This document shows, piece after piece, positions 1 to 10,300 of a DNA stretch of 64,000 nt. The DNA lies in the IMG/VR virus record IMGVR_UViG_3300029705_000042; one strand, 5' to 3'. Position 1 is the stretch's first letter, and the number at the start of each line of letters is the position of its first letter. The notes under the pieces were generated by a model, which saw nothing but the letters and a program-made list of their open reading frames with translations, had not been told where the DNA came from and ran no database searches. The translations under genes and the position numbers were made by a program. This DNA comes from a virus (lineage: Duplodnaviria > Caudoviricetes).

Positions 1-60
1 TATAACCTTATTTGTTATGTAAATTGGAATATATCTTTATACTTCCTCTTGACTGTATAT

Positions 61-89
61 ATTATATCACAATAATATTTACTTGTCAA
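61..89 (-). promoter_or_regulatory. sigmaA promoter TTGACA-17-TATAAT with extended -10 TG and upstream A-tracts
   Basis: Minus strand reads TTGACA agtaaatattattgtga TATAAT. Confidence 0.85.
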
Positions 90-130
90 TAGGTTTTTTG
101 AAATTTTTTAAAAATTTTTTATTTTTTATT

Positions 131-721
131 TTAGTTGTTTTCGTGGGCAGCAATAATCTCTTTTAATGTTCTCGGCGTCCAGTCAACATACGGCAGTGCA
201 GCACCAACATTATAGGCGGCGACGGGTGGACAATCGGTATACCCCTTCAAAGTCTTGTCTTTGAAAAAATCATTTACATATTGTAAAGATTGCCTATATA
301 CTTCCCATTCATCTGTCATATGTAGATGTCCGTAAAGATGGATAGTTCCTTTGTGTTGTCCGTTCCAAAATAGGATTGGATAATGACATAGAACCAAGTT
401 ATGATTAAGTCCATTATAGTTGTCGGTAATCTCTTTATACGGTGTGATTTCTACAAATAACTGTCTCAGTCTATTATCTTTTAATTTTTCATGATTACCT
501 TGAATCAAAATCTTATTGCCTTTGAGAGTGGAAATAATTTCACAAAGATATTCATTATCTTTATTGCCGCCTTCTCGACCAATATCACCAAGAATATAAA
601 CATTATCATTATTATGAACTACTGCATTCCATCTACTTTTAATTATTTGGTCGTGTTTTAAAGTTTTACCCTCGTATTTATTCTGACAACCAAAATGGGT
701 GTCGCTAATATAATAATTCAT
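131..721 (-). CDS. calcineurin-like metallophosphoesterase
   Basis: Motifs SDTHFG, LGDI, GNHE, HYP, GHLH. Confidence 0.9.
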   Translation of the reverse strand: MNYYISDTHFGCQNKYEGKTLKHDQIIKSRWNAVVHNNDNVYILGDIGREGGNKDNEYLCEIISTLKGNKILIQGNHEKLKDNRLRQLFVEITPYKEITDNYNGLNHNLVLCHYPILFWNGQHKGTIHLYGHLHMTDEWEVYRQSLQYVNDFFKDKTLKGYTDCPPVAAYNVGAALPYVDWTPRTLKEIIAAHENN

Positions 722-763
722 TTCTTATCCTTTTTTAATTATTTACCATTTAAAATTAGAATT

Positions 764-1216
764 TTAGTTGGTGCTTCCAAAACCGCCAATTCTCACATTG
801 TCAGTGTTGCCGTTATCTGCTCTCAAAAACTTAAAAAACGCACCTTGAGCAATTCTATCTCCTTTATGAATATCTTGCCAATCATCGCTAATATTCTTTA
901 AGAAAATGCCGATATTTCCATCGTTACTCTCATTAGAATAATAATCTTGGTCAATCCAGCCCTGTGTGTTTGCAAGCATCCACTTGCCGCCCATAGAACT
1001 GCGAACATTAAGGATTAAACATTCGTCATCCTGCATATATGCTTTTACATCAGTCCATACTTTTACAATGGCGTCTGGAGGAATCGCATAATTATTATCA
1101 TTTGCATAAAAATCATATGCCATTGCCTTGCTAGTACCTGCGGTTGGTAGTATTACATCGCCATTAGTTTTTCTTTTCTCGTCAATTACAACTTCAAAGC
1201 CTCTAATCTTTTCCAT
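764..1216 (-). CDS. dut: trimeric dUTPase (start at MEKIRG, downstream of RBS)
   Basis: Motifs AYDF, RSS, GWIDQDY, GDRIAQG, RIGGFGST. Confidence 0.93.
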   Translation of the reverse strand: MEKIRGFEVVIDEKRKTNGDVILPTAGTSKAMAYDFYANDNNYAIPPDAIVKVWTDVKAYMQDDECLILNVRSSMGGKWMLANTQGWIDQDYYSNESNDGNIGIFLKNISDDWQDIHKGDRIAQGAFFKFLRADNGNTDNVRIGGFGSTN

Positions 1217-1241
1217 TTTATTTCTACCTTTCTTTAATAAA

Positions 1242-1442
1242 CTACTCAATTATTAAAGTATATAAGCCACAGTGACATTCGCCAGATATACCTTCTGTGA
1301 TTCTGTCTCTGAACTCTTTACACATACATTTATTGTCTTCATTAAAAACAATAGCGCAAGCACAATGTCCATTGTTTTCTTTTATTTTTTCACGAATCTC
1401 TTCAACTAAAACTTTGTTCGAATTTGTTACTATTTTAATCAT
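1242..1442 (-). CDS. ferredoxin-thioredoxin reductase catalytic-subunit-like protein, 66 aa
   Basis: GHCAC...CMC...CHCGLY matches the FTR CPC/CPC/CHC pattern; start reassigned to MIKIV. Confidence 0.7.
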   Translation of the reverse strand: MIKIVTNSNKVLVEEIREKIKENNGHCACAIVFNEDNKCMCKEFRDRITEGISGECHCGLYTLIIE

Positions 1443-1926
1443 TGATTTTATCTTCTTTCCAGAATTTATATGTAATATCGTTCCATTTATTTTCACGCCA
1501 ATTCCATCTAAACATTTTTTGATTGGTATTTGGATTGTTAAGACTGCCATAAGCATTATCATAATGTCCTATTTTACAATAATCCAAATTACCCAATACT
1601 CTAATATTAAGATTGCTCATGGAGTCAGCACCAGTATACAAGGCGGTTTTTAATTTATGTTGCTTAATTTGAATTAATAGGTCGGTTAATTCTTTTTGGT
1701 TTTGGTCTCCTCCCATAAAGCAAACACAAGTAATAAGACCTTTATATTTTTCAATTAAACCACCTAAATCATCAGAGATATAATTGCCTTTATATTCCCA
1801 TAAATATTTGCTGTGGCAACCCACACATTTGTATGGGCAGCCACTAATATTAATTACAAGTGTTACTTCATCAGGAACTTCTTGAAATACAATACTATAT
1901 CCAAGATATTTTAATTTATTATTCAT
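1435..1926 (-). CDS. nrdG: anaerobic RNR activase (radical SAM)
   Basis: FQEVPDE, SGCPYKCVGCHS, GGD; adjacent to nrdD; start at MNNKL. Confidence 0.93.
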   Translation of the reverse strand: MNNKLKYLGYSIVFQEVPDEVTLVINISGCPYKCVGCHSKYLWEYKGNYISDDLGGLIEKYKGLITCVCFMGGDQNQKELTDLLIQIKQHKLKTALYTGADSMSNLNIRVLGNLDYCKIGHYDNAYGSLNNPNTNQKMFRWNWRENKWNDITYKFWKEDKIND

Positions 1927-3742
1927 AATATCTCTTCTTTGCTTCTTTTTGACGAGCTTCGGAAAATGCCGATACCCTCTTAAGATATCCGATAACTCTG
2001 GTAAGATAATCAATGTTCTCACTGCCACACTTTTCACAATGGTTCATTCGATGCTTGCTGATGTGTCCACAATTATTGCAAATAGTGTTAGGGATATTAA
2101 ATGTGAAATACGAACATCCAGTTTTAATGGCATCAAGCAAAAGAATTTTATACTGTTCTTTGGTTAAATGCTCGTTAAGATTGGCGTGAAGAGCACTACC
2201 ACCATCAAGATACTTTGTAAGCTTTTCGCCGTGAAGAATAAATTTATCTACCGTATTGGTTCCTTCGTCTTCTACCAAATAGAAGTAACTATTATAGCAA
2301 TCCCTTGGAACAAAATAACCATCTTCTTTATCCCATTTAGCATTCTTAACACCTAAATTTTCTGCTGGAACAAATTCTGTGTTAAACATTAACTCGTTGG
2401 TTCTCTCTGCCTTGTTAAGTTCGTAAATTGGCTTAAGTATCTTTTCACCATATTCAAAATACTTTGCATTTGTAGAAATATCAATGCCAAGAAATTCAGC
2501 GCCCTCTACAAATCCGTTGATGCCAAGAGTTAGGAACTGTTTATCCATAGCTATATAACCAGCATCATAAACAGGGAGTAGCTTTGCTTTAAAATTATCC
2601 ATCATAATTTCGTTAAACGCCTTGAGATAGCAATGAACTTTCTTAACTTGTTCCGTTACAACTGCAGAAATATCTCTACCTTCTTTTGTGGCATTCTGAA
2701 CAAGTCTGTTAATATTAATAGTGATAACACCCTTAGAACCCGTTGATACACCACCTGCTCCAAGAGTAAACGAGAAGGTGTTGTCTTGAAGTTCATTGCG
2801 AAGTCTACAACAACTTGCAAGCGAATCAACGCTTCCGCTTCTATATGTAAAGAACGAGTGACCCTCACTGTACATTTCAGCAGCAAAATCAAACCATTCA
2901 TCGTCAACATATTTGTTGCCATCATCTAAAAGGTTCATTGTTTCAACAGGGAATGTAAGAGGCGTCTTCAATCTCTCTGCGTTAAACCATTTCATAAATC
3001 TTTTCTGAATCCACTTTACGCTTTCCCACTGCGGCTCTGTGTCATCGGGGAATATAAATTCGTGGAAAATACCATCAAAATAATTCTTATCAAAGTAAGC
3101 TATGTTCCAAAAGACTGACTGGAAGTTTCTTGCGGCTGCGGGCTGATTCAAAGAATAAACAACCTGACTAAATTTGTCGGTGATAACCCTATCAATCGTC
3201 TTAGGTCTATTGCCAGTCGTCACAGTCTTATCGGCATTTAAATAATAGTCATCGCCATATTCTTTTCTAATAAAATAATCTAAATATGTAAGAAATTCTG
3301 GCGTTGACACTGCGCCAGCGAACTGCGAAGCAATGGCGAATACGAGATTGATGAATGTGCCACAAAAAGAATCAAGGTTTCGAGGAGGCTCAGAAAGACC
3401 GCCAATAGACTTAAGTCCTTCAAATAAGAACGGATACATTGTAATGGATACACAGTACGGCATAATGCTTGTTTCGTCATGCTTGTAAATTTCGTGTGAT
3501 TCAAGCTGACGGATGTATTCCATAGCCATATCTTCACCATACATTTCAGTGAGCTTATTAATCATCAGCAATCTGTTCGTACCAATAATATCCCTTTTAA
3601 TAAGTTCACCCTGCATAGTGGTGATGTTTTTGCTTTCTACATTAGCATTAGAATCAACCTCGCTACCACTAGATGCATTTGTTGCCTTTTTATACTTGTT
3701 AATAAAATTTATGTATTTTTCATAACTACTATATTTCGCCAT
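1919..3742 (-). CDS. nrdD: class III (anaerobic) ribonucleoside-triphosphate reductase, no ATP cone
   Basis: LASCCRL, PAENL, CxxC..CxxC Zn site, glycyl-radical loop TRVIGY. Confidence 0.96.
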   Translation of the reverse strand: MAKYSSYEKYINFINKYKKATNASSGSEVDSNANVESKNITTMQGELIKRDIIGTNRLLMINKLTEMYGEDMAMEYIRQLESHEIYKHDETSIMPYCVSITMYPFLFEGLKSIGGLSEPPRNLDSFCGTFINLVFAIASQFAGAVSTPEFLTYLDYFIRKEYGDDYYLNADKTVTTGNRPKTIDRVITDKFSQVVYSLNQPAAARNFQSVFWNIAYFDKNYFDGIFHEFIFPDDTEPQWESVKWIQKRFMKWFNAERLKTPLTFPVETMNLLDDGNKYVDDEWFDFAAEMYSEGHSFFTYRSGSVDSLASCCRLRNELQDNTFSFTLGAGGVSTGSKGVITININRLVQNATKEGRDISAVVTEQVKKVHCYLKAFNEIMMDNFKAKLLPVYDAGYIAMDKQFLTLGINGFVEGAEFLGIDISTNAKYFEYGEKILKPIYELNKAERTNELMFNTEFVPAENLGVKNAKWDKEDGYFVPRDCYNSYFYLVEDEGTNTVDKFILHGEKLTKYLDGGSALHANLNEHLTKEQYKILLLDAIKTGCSYFTFNIPNTICNNCGHISKHRMNHCEKCGSENIDYLTRVIGYLKRVSAFSEARQKEAKKRYYE

Positions 3743-3745
3743 ATT

Positions 3746-3946
3746 TTATCGCTCCTTAATCCATTCAACCGCTTCCTTAAAGCCATAAGCTACGCTGTCA
3801 ACCTCAAGTATTGGAGCAGTTTTGAATCCCTTTTGTACCATAAGGTCAATATCATTAACCTCTTCAAACTCAATATTGCTCTGCTTTAATTTCGCCTCAA
3901 GCACTTTACACTTTGGGCATTTTGTCGAATATAATACAATGCTCAT
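3746..3946 (-). CDS. glutaredoxin/NrdH-like redoxin
   Basis: LYSTKCPKC ... APIL; directly upstream of nrdD. Confidence 0.85.
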   Translation of the reverse strand: MSIVLYSTKCPKCKVLEAKLKQSNIEFEEVNDIDLMVQKGFKTAPILEVDSVAYGFKEAVEWIKER

Positions 3947-4061
3947 AGTTTTTCTCCTTTTATAATTTTATCAATTATTGTTATTACTCTAATAATAGCC
4001 AATAAAATTCAATATATTACTGAATTTCTTTTCACTGAATTTAAATTCAACTTAAAAATAC

Positions 4062-4262
4062 TTAAAAATAAACGAATTTATCTTTGACTAAATAACTATC
4101 ACATTTAGAGAAATTAACATTGGTCTGTCTTGTGCAGTTTTCAATATCCCTCTCCATGCAGTAATCCTCATCGTAGTCATAAAACTGACAAGTGCGACAT
4201 TTGATTTTGCATTTATTATTCTTCTTGTTTGACTTCTTTTGAGTTGACTTCTTATCACTCAT
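4062..4262 (-). CDS. small Cys-rich hypothetical protein
   Basis: CRTC..C..C..C; RBS and own promoter. Confidence 0.6.
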   Translation of the reverse strand: MSDKKSTQKKSNKKNNKCKIKCRTCQFYDYDEDYCMERDIENCTRQTNVNFSKCDSYLVKDKFVYF

Positions 4263-4302
4263 GTCTACTTTTGTCCTTTCTTTATTTTTTATAACTTTAT
4301 TT

Positions 4303-4345
4303 ATTAGAGTTTCTAAAAATATTGGTTGACTTTAGAAACTCTAAT
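4303..4345. repeat. 15-bp perfect inverted repeat (hairpin) just downstream of a promoter
   Basis: attagagtttctaaa ... tttagaaactctaat. Confidence 0.8.
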
Positions 4346-4358
4346 TTATTACGATAAT

Positions 4359-4387
4359 ATTATACACTATTTAATCTTTTTTGTCAA
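4359..4387 (-). promoter_or_regulatory. sigmaA promoter
   Basis: TTGACA-17-TATAAT overlapping the recD2 3' end. Confidence 0.8.
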
Positions 4388-6638
4388 TAGTTTTGTCGAA
4401 ATTTTTTAAAAGTTTTTGCATAAAAGTATGTCTAACGAGGTTTGCCTTTTTCTTAACGGCTTGATTTACACTTTGCAAAGTACCTAAATGATATAATTTT
4501 TCTTTCATTCGTGTAAGTCCAACATACAACAGATTGGAATTTAACATAAAAATGTGTGATTGTGGACTACATAAAATTACCGTTTTAAAACCGCCGCCCT
4601 GTGATTTATGAATTGAGATAGCGTAGCCTAACTTAACCATATTCATATCATTTCTATAATACTTAACACGAACACCGTTAAAATCGGCAATCACATATGT
4701 ATTATAAATTTCTTTTATAATGGCAGTTTCACCGTTTGCTACAAATGCTGTCTCTGGTTTGTCATCTAAAAACCAATCTTTATCGTCGCTATCTTTTACT
4801 AACTCTGCATTGTAGTTATTAACGGTCTGAAGTATTAAATCGCCCTCATAATAAGTTGTTTCACCAACTTTCATATTAACTTCGCTACCATAATTGGGAT
4901 TGGCAATTCTCTGAATCATATTGTTCAGTTGCACAGAACCACAATCACCAACATTTTTTGCCGTTAACACTTGAATGTCTTCAATACTGTTGCCATTGTC
5001 CAATAATTTTTTATACAAAGCAACAACATTTCTCGGAATTAATTCAGAGGCTAAATCAATAAACATATAGTCTTGATTGTCACCAAATACTGTTGCCTTA
5101 GCCTTCATATCTTTTGTTAGATATTCTTTACAACATCTTGCATCGGTTGCCACACGCATTAAACCGCCACTTGAATATCTAAAGATTTTATTTAGAGTAA
5201 CAGTAGGAATTATATTTGCTTCCATAAAATCATGAAGCAAATTACCACAAGATACGCTCGGTAACTGTGCATTGTCGCCAATCATAAGAAGCTTTGTATA
5301 CTTAAAATCAATTGCATCAAGTAGCTTCTTGAACAACCAAATATCAACCATCGAAAACTCATCGACAATTACAATATCACAATAAAGTTTATGTTCTTCG
5401 TTGTATGTCCAAGTGTTGGGCGGTATATAGCCTAAGCCTCTATGGATAGTTGAGGCAGATTCTTTGGTATTTTCATGCAAAACCTTAGCAGCTCGTCCTG
5501 TAGGTGACATTAGTTGGAAGGATTTATTATTATCTTTTAACATTTTAATCAATCCTTGCGTAGATGCAGTTTTACCACTACCAGCAAAACCATTCAAAAT
5601 GGAGATGTTGTTTTTGCATACCACATCAAGAATCTGAACTTGTTCGTCGGATAATTCAAAGTCGCCTACCGCCCTATACTTCTCAATGTCATAGTCCCAT
5701 ACATTGTTTACATTATTAATATTAGTAAGAATTGTATCGGCAATATACTTTTCAGTTTCATAGGTTTTACGAAGAGCAACCGTTATATCCTCTTTATTAT
5801 AATAAATATTATCGTCCTTGATAACATCAACAAAATGATTGGCACAAGCAGCTACTGTTTTTAAGCACTGCTGTCTAAGGTCAGCTAAATTCATATTGGT
5901 ATGTCCTTCGTTCTCATTCTCTTCTAACAGATACAATACGCAAGATAAACATCTATCTGGAGAGGTCTTAACATCATAACCAAAATCTATAATGTTTTCT
6001 TTTTGCAACTGAAGAATAATACTGTCTGCCTTCTTAAATCCTATTTGCGAAATCTGAGTCAAGGTTGTATATGGATTTGTTTTTAATTTTTCTTTTAATT
6101 TATCTACAGAAGAATATTTGTCGTAAATTTTCTTAATCATATTCATTGACAAAACATTCTTAAACTCAATTACCAAATCCATAAGTATAAAATTTGAAGC
6201 GATTTTATCTTTTATTTTTTCAAATGTCTTTTGACCAATTCCTTTAAGTTTGGAAAAATCAACATCAGATAAGTCATTGTTTCTGATTTTTTGAATAATA
6301 GTTGGATAATTTTCGATTAAGGTTTTTGCCTGATTTTCTGTTAAAATTTCTGAGAGAAAAATATATGTTTCTTCAGCCGTTGTTGGTACATCTCGTCTCA
6401 GATTAATAACTTTATAACTTGTTCCATATTTATTTATTTGTTCTTCTGCCGTTATCTCATATTCAACGCCTAAAACAAGGTCTGACAATTCTCCTATAAT
6501 TGACACATTTCCATAACGACTAAGTTTAAGCTCTGGATATTCGTTTTTATTAATATTAACGGCATATATTTTATAATCTGGAGTATTATAAATACATCTT
6601 TCGATTACGCCCTTGAATTTGTATTGCTTATTGTCCAT
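4371..6638 (-). CDS. recD2: RecD2-like SF1B helicase
   Basis: GFAGSGKT, SPTGRAA, TIHR, VDEFSM, GDNAQLPSV, YAISIHKSQG, LYVGLTR; N-terminal HhH region. Confidence 0.93.
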   Translation of the reverse strand: MDNKQYKFKGVIERCIYNTPDYKIYAVNINKNEYPELKLSRYGNVSIIGELSDLVLGVEYEITAEEQINKYGTSYKVINLRRDVPTTAEETYIFLSEILTENQAKTLIENYPTIIQKIRNNDLSDVDFSKLKGIGQKTFEKIKDKIASNFILMDLVIEFKNVLSMNMIKKIYDKYSSVDKLKEKLKTNPYTTLTQISQIGFKKADSIILQLQKENIIDFGYDVKTSPDRCLSCVLYLLEENENEGHTNMNLADLRQQCLKTVAACANHFVDVIKDDNIYYNKEDITVALRKTYETEKYIADTILTNINNVNNVWDYDIEKYRAVGDFELSDEQVQILDVVCKNNISILNGFAGSGKTASTQGLIKMLKDNNKSFQLMSPTGRAAKVLHENTKESASTIHRGLGYIPPNTWTYNEEHKLYCDIVIVDEFSMVDIWLFKKLLDAIDFKYTKLLMIGDNAQLPSVSCGNLLHDFMEANIIPTVTLNKIFRYSSGGLMRVATDARCCKEYLTKDMKAKATVFGDNQDYMFIDLASELIPRNVVALYKKLLDNGNSIEDIQVLTAKNVGDCGSVQLNNMIQRIANPNYGSEVNMKVGETTYYEGDLILQTVNNYNAELVKDSDDKDWFLDDKPETAFVANGETAIIKEIYNTYVIADFNGVRVKYYRNDMNMVKLGYAISIHKSQGGGFKTVILCSPQSHIFMLNSNLLYVGLTRMKEKLYHLGTLQSVNQAVKKKANLVRHTFMQKLLKNFDKTIDKKD

Positions 6639-7365
6639 TTACATCCCTCGTACTATTATCATAGCTAAATTCGCCAAAAAACTCTTCTTCCCATTCTTTT
6701 CTTTGTTTGATAGCATCCTCAAAATCAGAAAAGCTTTTTCTATATCGTTCTTTATTTGCCGATATTTCAACATACCATTTTTTATCTCTTTCACTCCAAC
6801 GAACACCAGTGACTCCAGATGTATTGTCGTTCCTTACACCTTTGTTCATATTATTTTGAGAATATGTTGCTATTCTCAAATTCGATTTTCTATTGTCGTA
6901 TTTTGCATCTTTATTTTTATGGTCTATATTTGGTACTTCTTTTAAGCTTGGTAGCCCCATAATAAGTCTATGTAATGTTAGTATTTTTTTACTATTAGAG
7001 GGGTAAGTAACTACATATCCATCGTTGTTGATGCACCAACAATAGTCCTTAATTAAATGATAATCTTCTAAATCGAACCAAAATTCTTCGTCTTTAGATG
7101 TATAACCGATACCATATTCACCAGATAAATCATATGCATTGTATTTTTTACTTCTCGCAATAATCATTTCTATATTGTGACAACCACAAGATTTAGAATG
7201 TCCCCTTTTAAGATTGCTGCCTAATACAATAACTTCATTACCGCAATCGCATTTACATAGCCATCGTACATGATGATGACCTTTTGGAGTTATATAATCT
7301 TCAGCTCTTTTTATAACTGTTAATTTGTGAAATTTTTGTCCCGTTAAATCTATAAATCTCCCCAT
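6628..7365 (-). CDS. free-standing HNH endonuclease with AP2-like C-terminus
   Basis: DLTGQKF..WLCKCDCG..SCGC; IDHKN..DNRKSNLR..N; NTSGVTGV. Confidence 0.88.
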   Translation of the reverse strand: MGRFIDLTGQKFHKLTVIKRAEDYITPKGHHHVRWLCKCDCGNEVIVLGSNLKRGHSKSCGCHNIEMIIARSKKYNAYDLSGEYGIGYTSKDEEFWFDLEDYHLIKDYCWCINNDGYVVTYPSNSKKILTLHRLIMGLPSLKEVPNIDHKNKDAKYDNRKSNLRIATYSQNNMNKGVRNDNTSGVTGVRWSERDKKWYVEISANKERYRKSFSDFEDAIKQRKEWEEEFFGEFSYDNSTRDVNGQ

Positions 7366-7367
7366 TG

Positions 7368-10300
7368 TTACTTTATAACCTCATATTCAGCCATCACGAC
7401 CCTCATTTCCTCGGAATCTACCCACTTATCTCCATCTTTAATTTTCTTATATTCATATGTAGTTACAGGCATATTGATTATTGAAAACAACCCAAATGGG
7501 CTTCTCTTAAATACTTCAGACCTATTAACTCTTGTATCTATTTTTTCGCCATCGCATATTCTATAAAGAGTGCAATATGGACGAGTTGCACTTCTACTAT
7601 CGTCAAAATTTGTAACAATGTAATAATGTTCGGATATATCCTTATTAGTATAGTTTGCATATCCAAGGAATTCAACTTCAGAAGCAATCTGTTCCACTAT
7701 GCCAAGCGATTCATTATTTATTTGACTACACAACTCCTTGATTAATCCTATGTTGTCAATATCACGATATTGGCTCGGAGTCTCTTTGCCAGAATACTTT
7801 GTCATAAGATATTCTGACACTCCCAACTCCTCCATTTTTTTCTTAGCAATAATTTTTGCATTAGCAAACTTATCGTAAATTTCATTTACGCCTAAAAGAT
7901 ATTTATTGTTGCCAAAATCAGAAAAGAAATTAAGTCGAATCAGAATATCAAGTTGTCTTGAATTTAAAGTCGTTTTTTCTTTTATATCTTTTAACAAGCT
8001 TATAAAAGAGTTATATTTGTTTTTAGCCAATTCTAATAACTCGTCAGCTATCTGAGCATTACAAAACTTAATACTGCTAATTCCTTTATAGATTGCTCCA
8101 TTTTCTTTGTCCATAGTATAGAAACTACCAGATTTACCAAAGCGAATTGGCTTAATTTCGATATTGTTTCTCTTTGCATATTGCAATATTTCCAAACACT
8201 TATCTGAATCGCCCTCATAAATATTCAAGGCGGTTGTCACTGTTTCTAGCTTGTAATAACATCTTAACCAGCCAACAACATATCCAAGAAAACTATAAGG
8301 TGTAGCGTGGTTCAAAGAAAACAAATATGAACTTGCATCAATGATAACTTGAATAAAGTTTTCAATGAGCTTATTTGACTCTTCTTCGCCAACGCCATAC
8401 TTTTCTTTCATAGTCTTATTAAAGCCTTCCTTAATCTTGGGTATAAACTTATCAGTACCAGTTTTCTTTGCAAAACCTCTTCGTACAATGTCGGCTTCGC
8501 CCATTGTATAACCACAAAAACTATGTAAGAACTCAATAATCTGCTCTTGATACACTAAGTATCCAAGTGTAGGAGCAAGGAATTTGTTTAATGCTTCGTG
8601 TCCATTATCACGGTATTCACCCCTTGATAGTTCATCACGATAACTCGCACCAGCAGGTCTAATAGCGCCATTTGCCATAGACATCAAATCTATATATGAG
8701 AAGTTTTCATTTTCTTCTTTTATCTTTGCAATTGTTTCGTCGCTAAGTAGCTGTTTAATGTAGTCACCAGCATATGACGATTCAAACTGAAATATCATTG
8801 TGCAGTCGTCTCTGATTTCGTCCCAAACCTTTTTATCATTAAATGAAATGTTATCTGGTGTAATTCTTTGAATACCAGCCAAATCGCAAGTTTCATTAAT
8901 TAGACCTACACAATCGAGACCAAGAACATCAAGCTTAACAAATTGTAAACCGTCTAATTCCTTCATATTAATTTGAGAAATCATATTTTCGTTTGTCTTT
9001 GTGCTACACAAACCAAACCACTCGTCTATCGGGAACGGCGATACAACAAGCCCTGCTGGATGGTTGCCAATAGAAACGATTGTGCCCTTTACAATGTCTA
9101 CATATTTGAATAGCTCTGGATATTTCTTTATATAAAATTCATCAATACAATCTTTTTTGTCTTCATCTTGATATACTGCATCGCTAATGGTCTGTGTTTC
9201 ATCAACACTTAAGCCTAATGCTCTGCCGACATCTTTAATAGCACCCTTTAAAGCAATGGTATTAAAGGTGATAATATCACAGCAATACAAACCCTCTTTA
9301 TTAAACAAGTATTCTCTTACTTTATATCTATCTTTCTTGCTCCAGTCCGTATCAACATCGGCAAGTGAAACTCTCTCCTTGTTCATAAATCGCTCAAAAT
9401 TAAGACCGTATTTAATAGAATCTACTTCTGTAATTCCAAGCAAATATGCGATTATACTTCCACTAACCGAACCTCTGGAATAACCATAACTTACACCTTG
9501 TCTCTTTAATTCGGATTTATAGTCTTCTTCAAGTAACAGAAAGTCAATTGCACCATTGTATTTATAGGTCTCTAACTCATACTGAATCTTCTTTTTGTAT
9601 TCATTAAAATTATTATACTTATCAACACCTCTATTTTTAATACCCTTTACAATCTTTTCTTTTAGAGCCTTTTCAGAATCGTTGTATAATTTAGGATACT
9701 TTTTCGAATAATCTAATTTAAATTCTTCGATAGAATTTGCCATTATATTAGTATTTTCAATGGCTTGCAAATAAATCTCTTCTGGCAAAGCACCCTGCTT
9801 TCTATATGCTTCAACCAATTCATCATATGTCTTAAAAGTTAAATCCCAAGATTCTTCGTCAGAAAAGAATACATTCTTAGCCTTTTGCAGAATACTTCTG
9901 CCCTCTATATGAGTATCGTTTAAGCAATGTGTATCGGTTCCTGCAATGAGCGGCACTCCTGTTTTTTGATGAATTGCATAAAGAATCTTATTATATGTAG
10001 CTTGGTCTGTGCAATTATGATGTTGCACTTCAAGATAGCACCTATGCTTATTTTTAATTAAGAATTTCAAAAACTCCGTTTTAAGATTGTTGTCGGCTTT
10101 GTTGATGACTCCGCCAAGACAAGCCGTAGTAATAATAATATTGTCCGATGTGGCATATAATTCATCAAAGCTAATACGAGGTGCATAATAATAATGATAA
10201 TCTTCTCTATTAAAAGAATGAGAAATCATTTTGTTTAACTCTTTAACACCGTCATAGTTCTTTGCAATTAAAACACAGTGATAGTTATCCCTATGCTTGT

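Noticed and set aside
1217-2037. Long N-terminal extensions of dut, the FTR-like ORF and nrdG in the ORF track
   Set aside because: They overlap upstream genes; internal ATGs with RBS (1216, 1442, 1926) fit better
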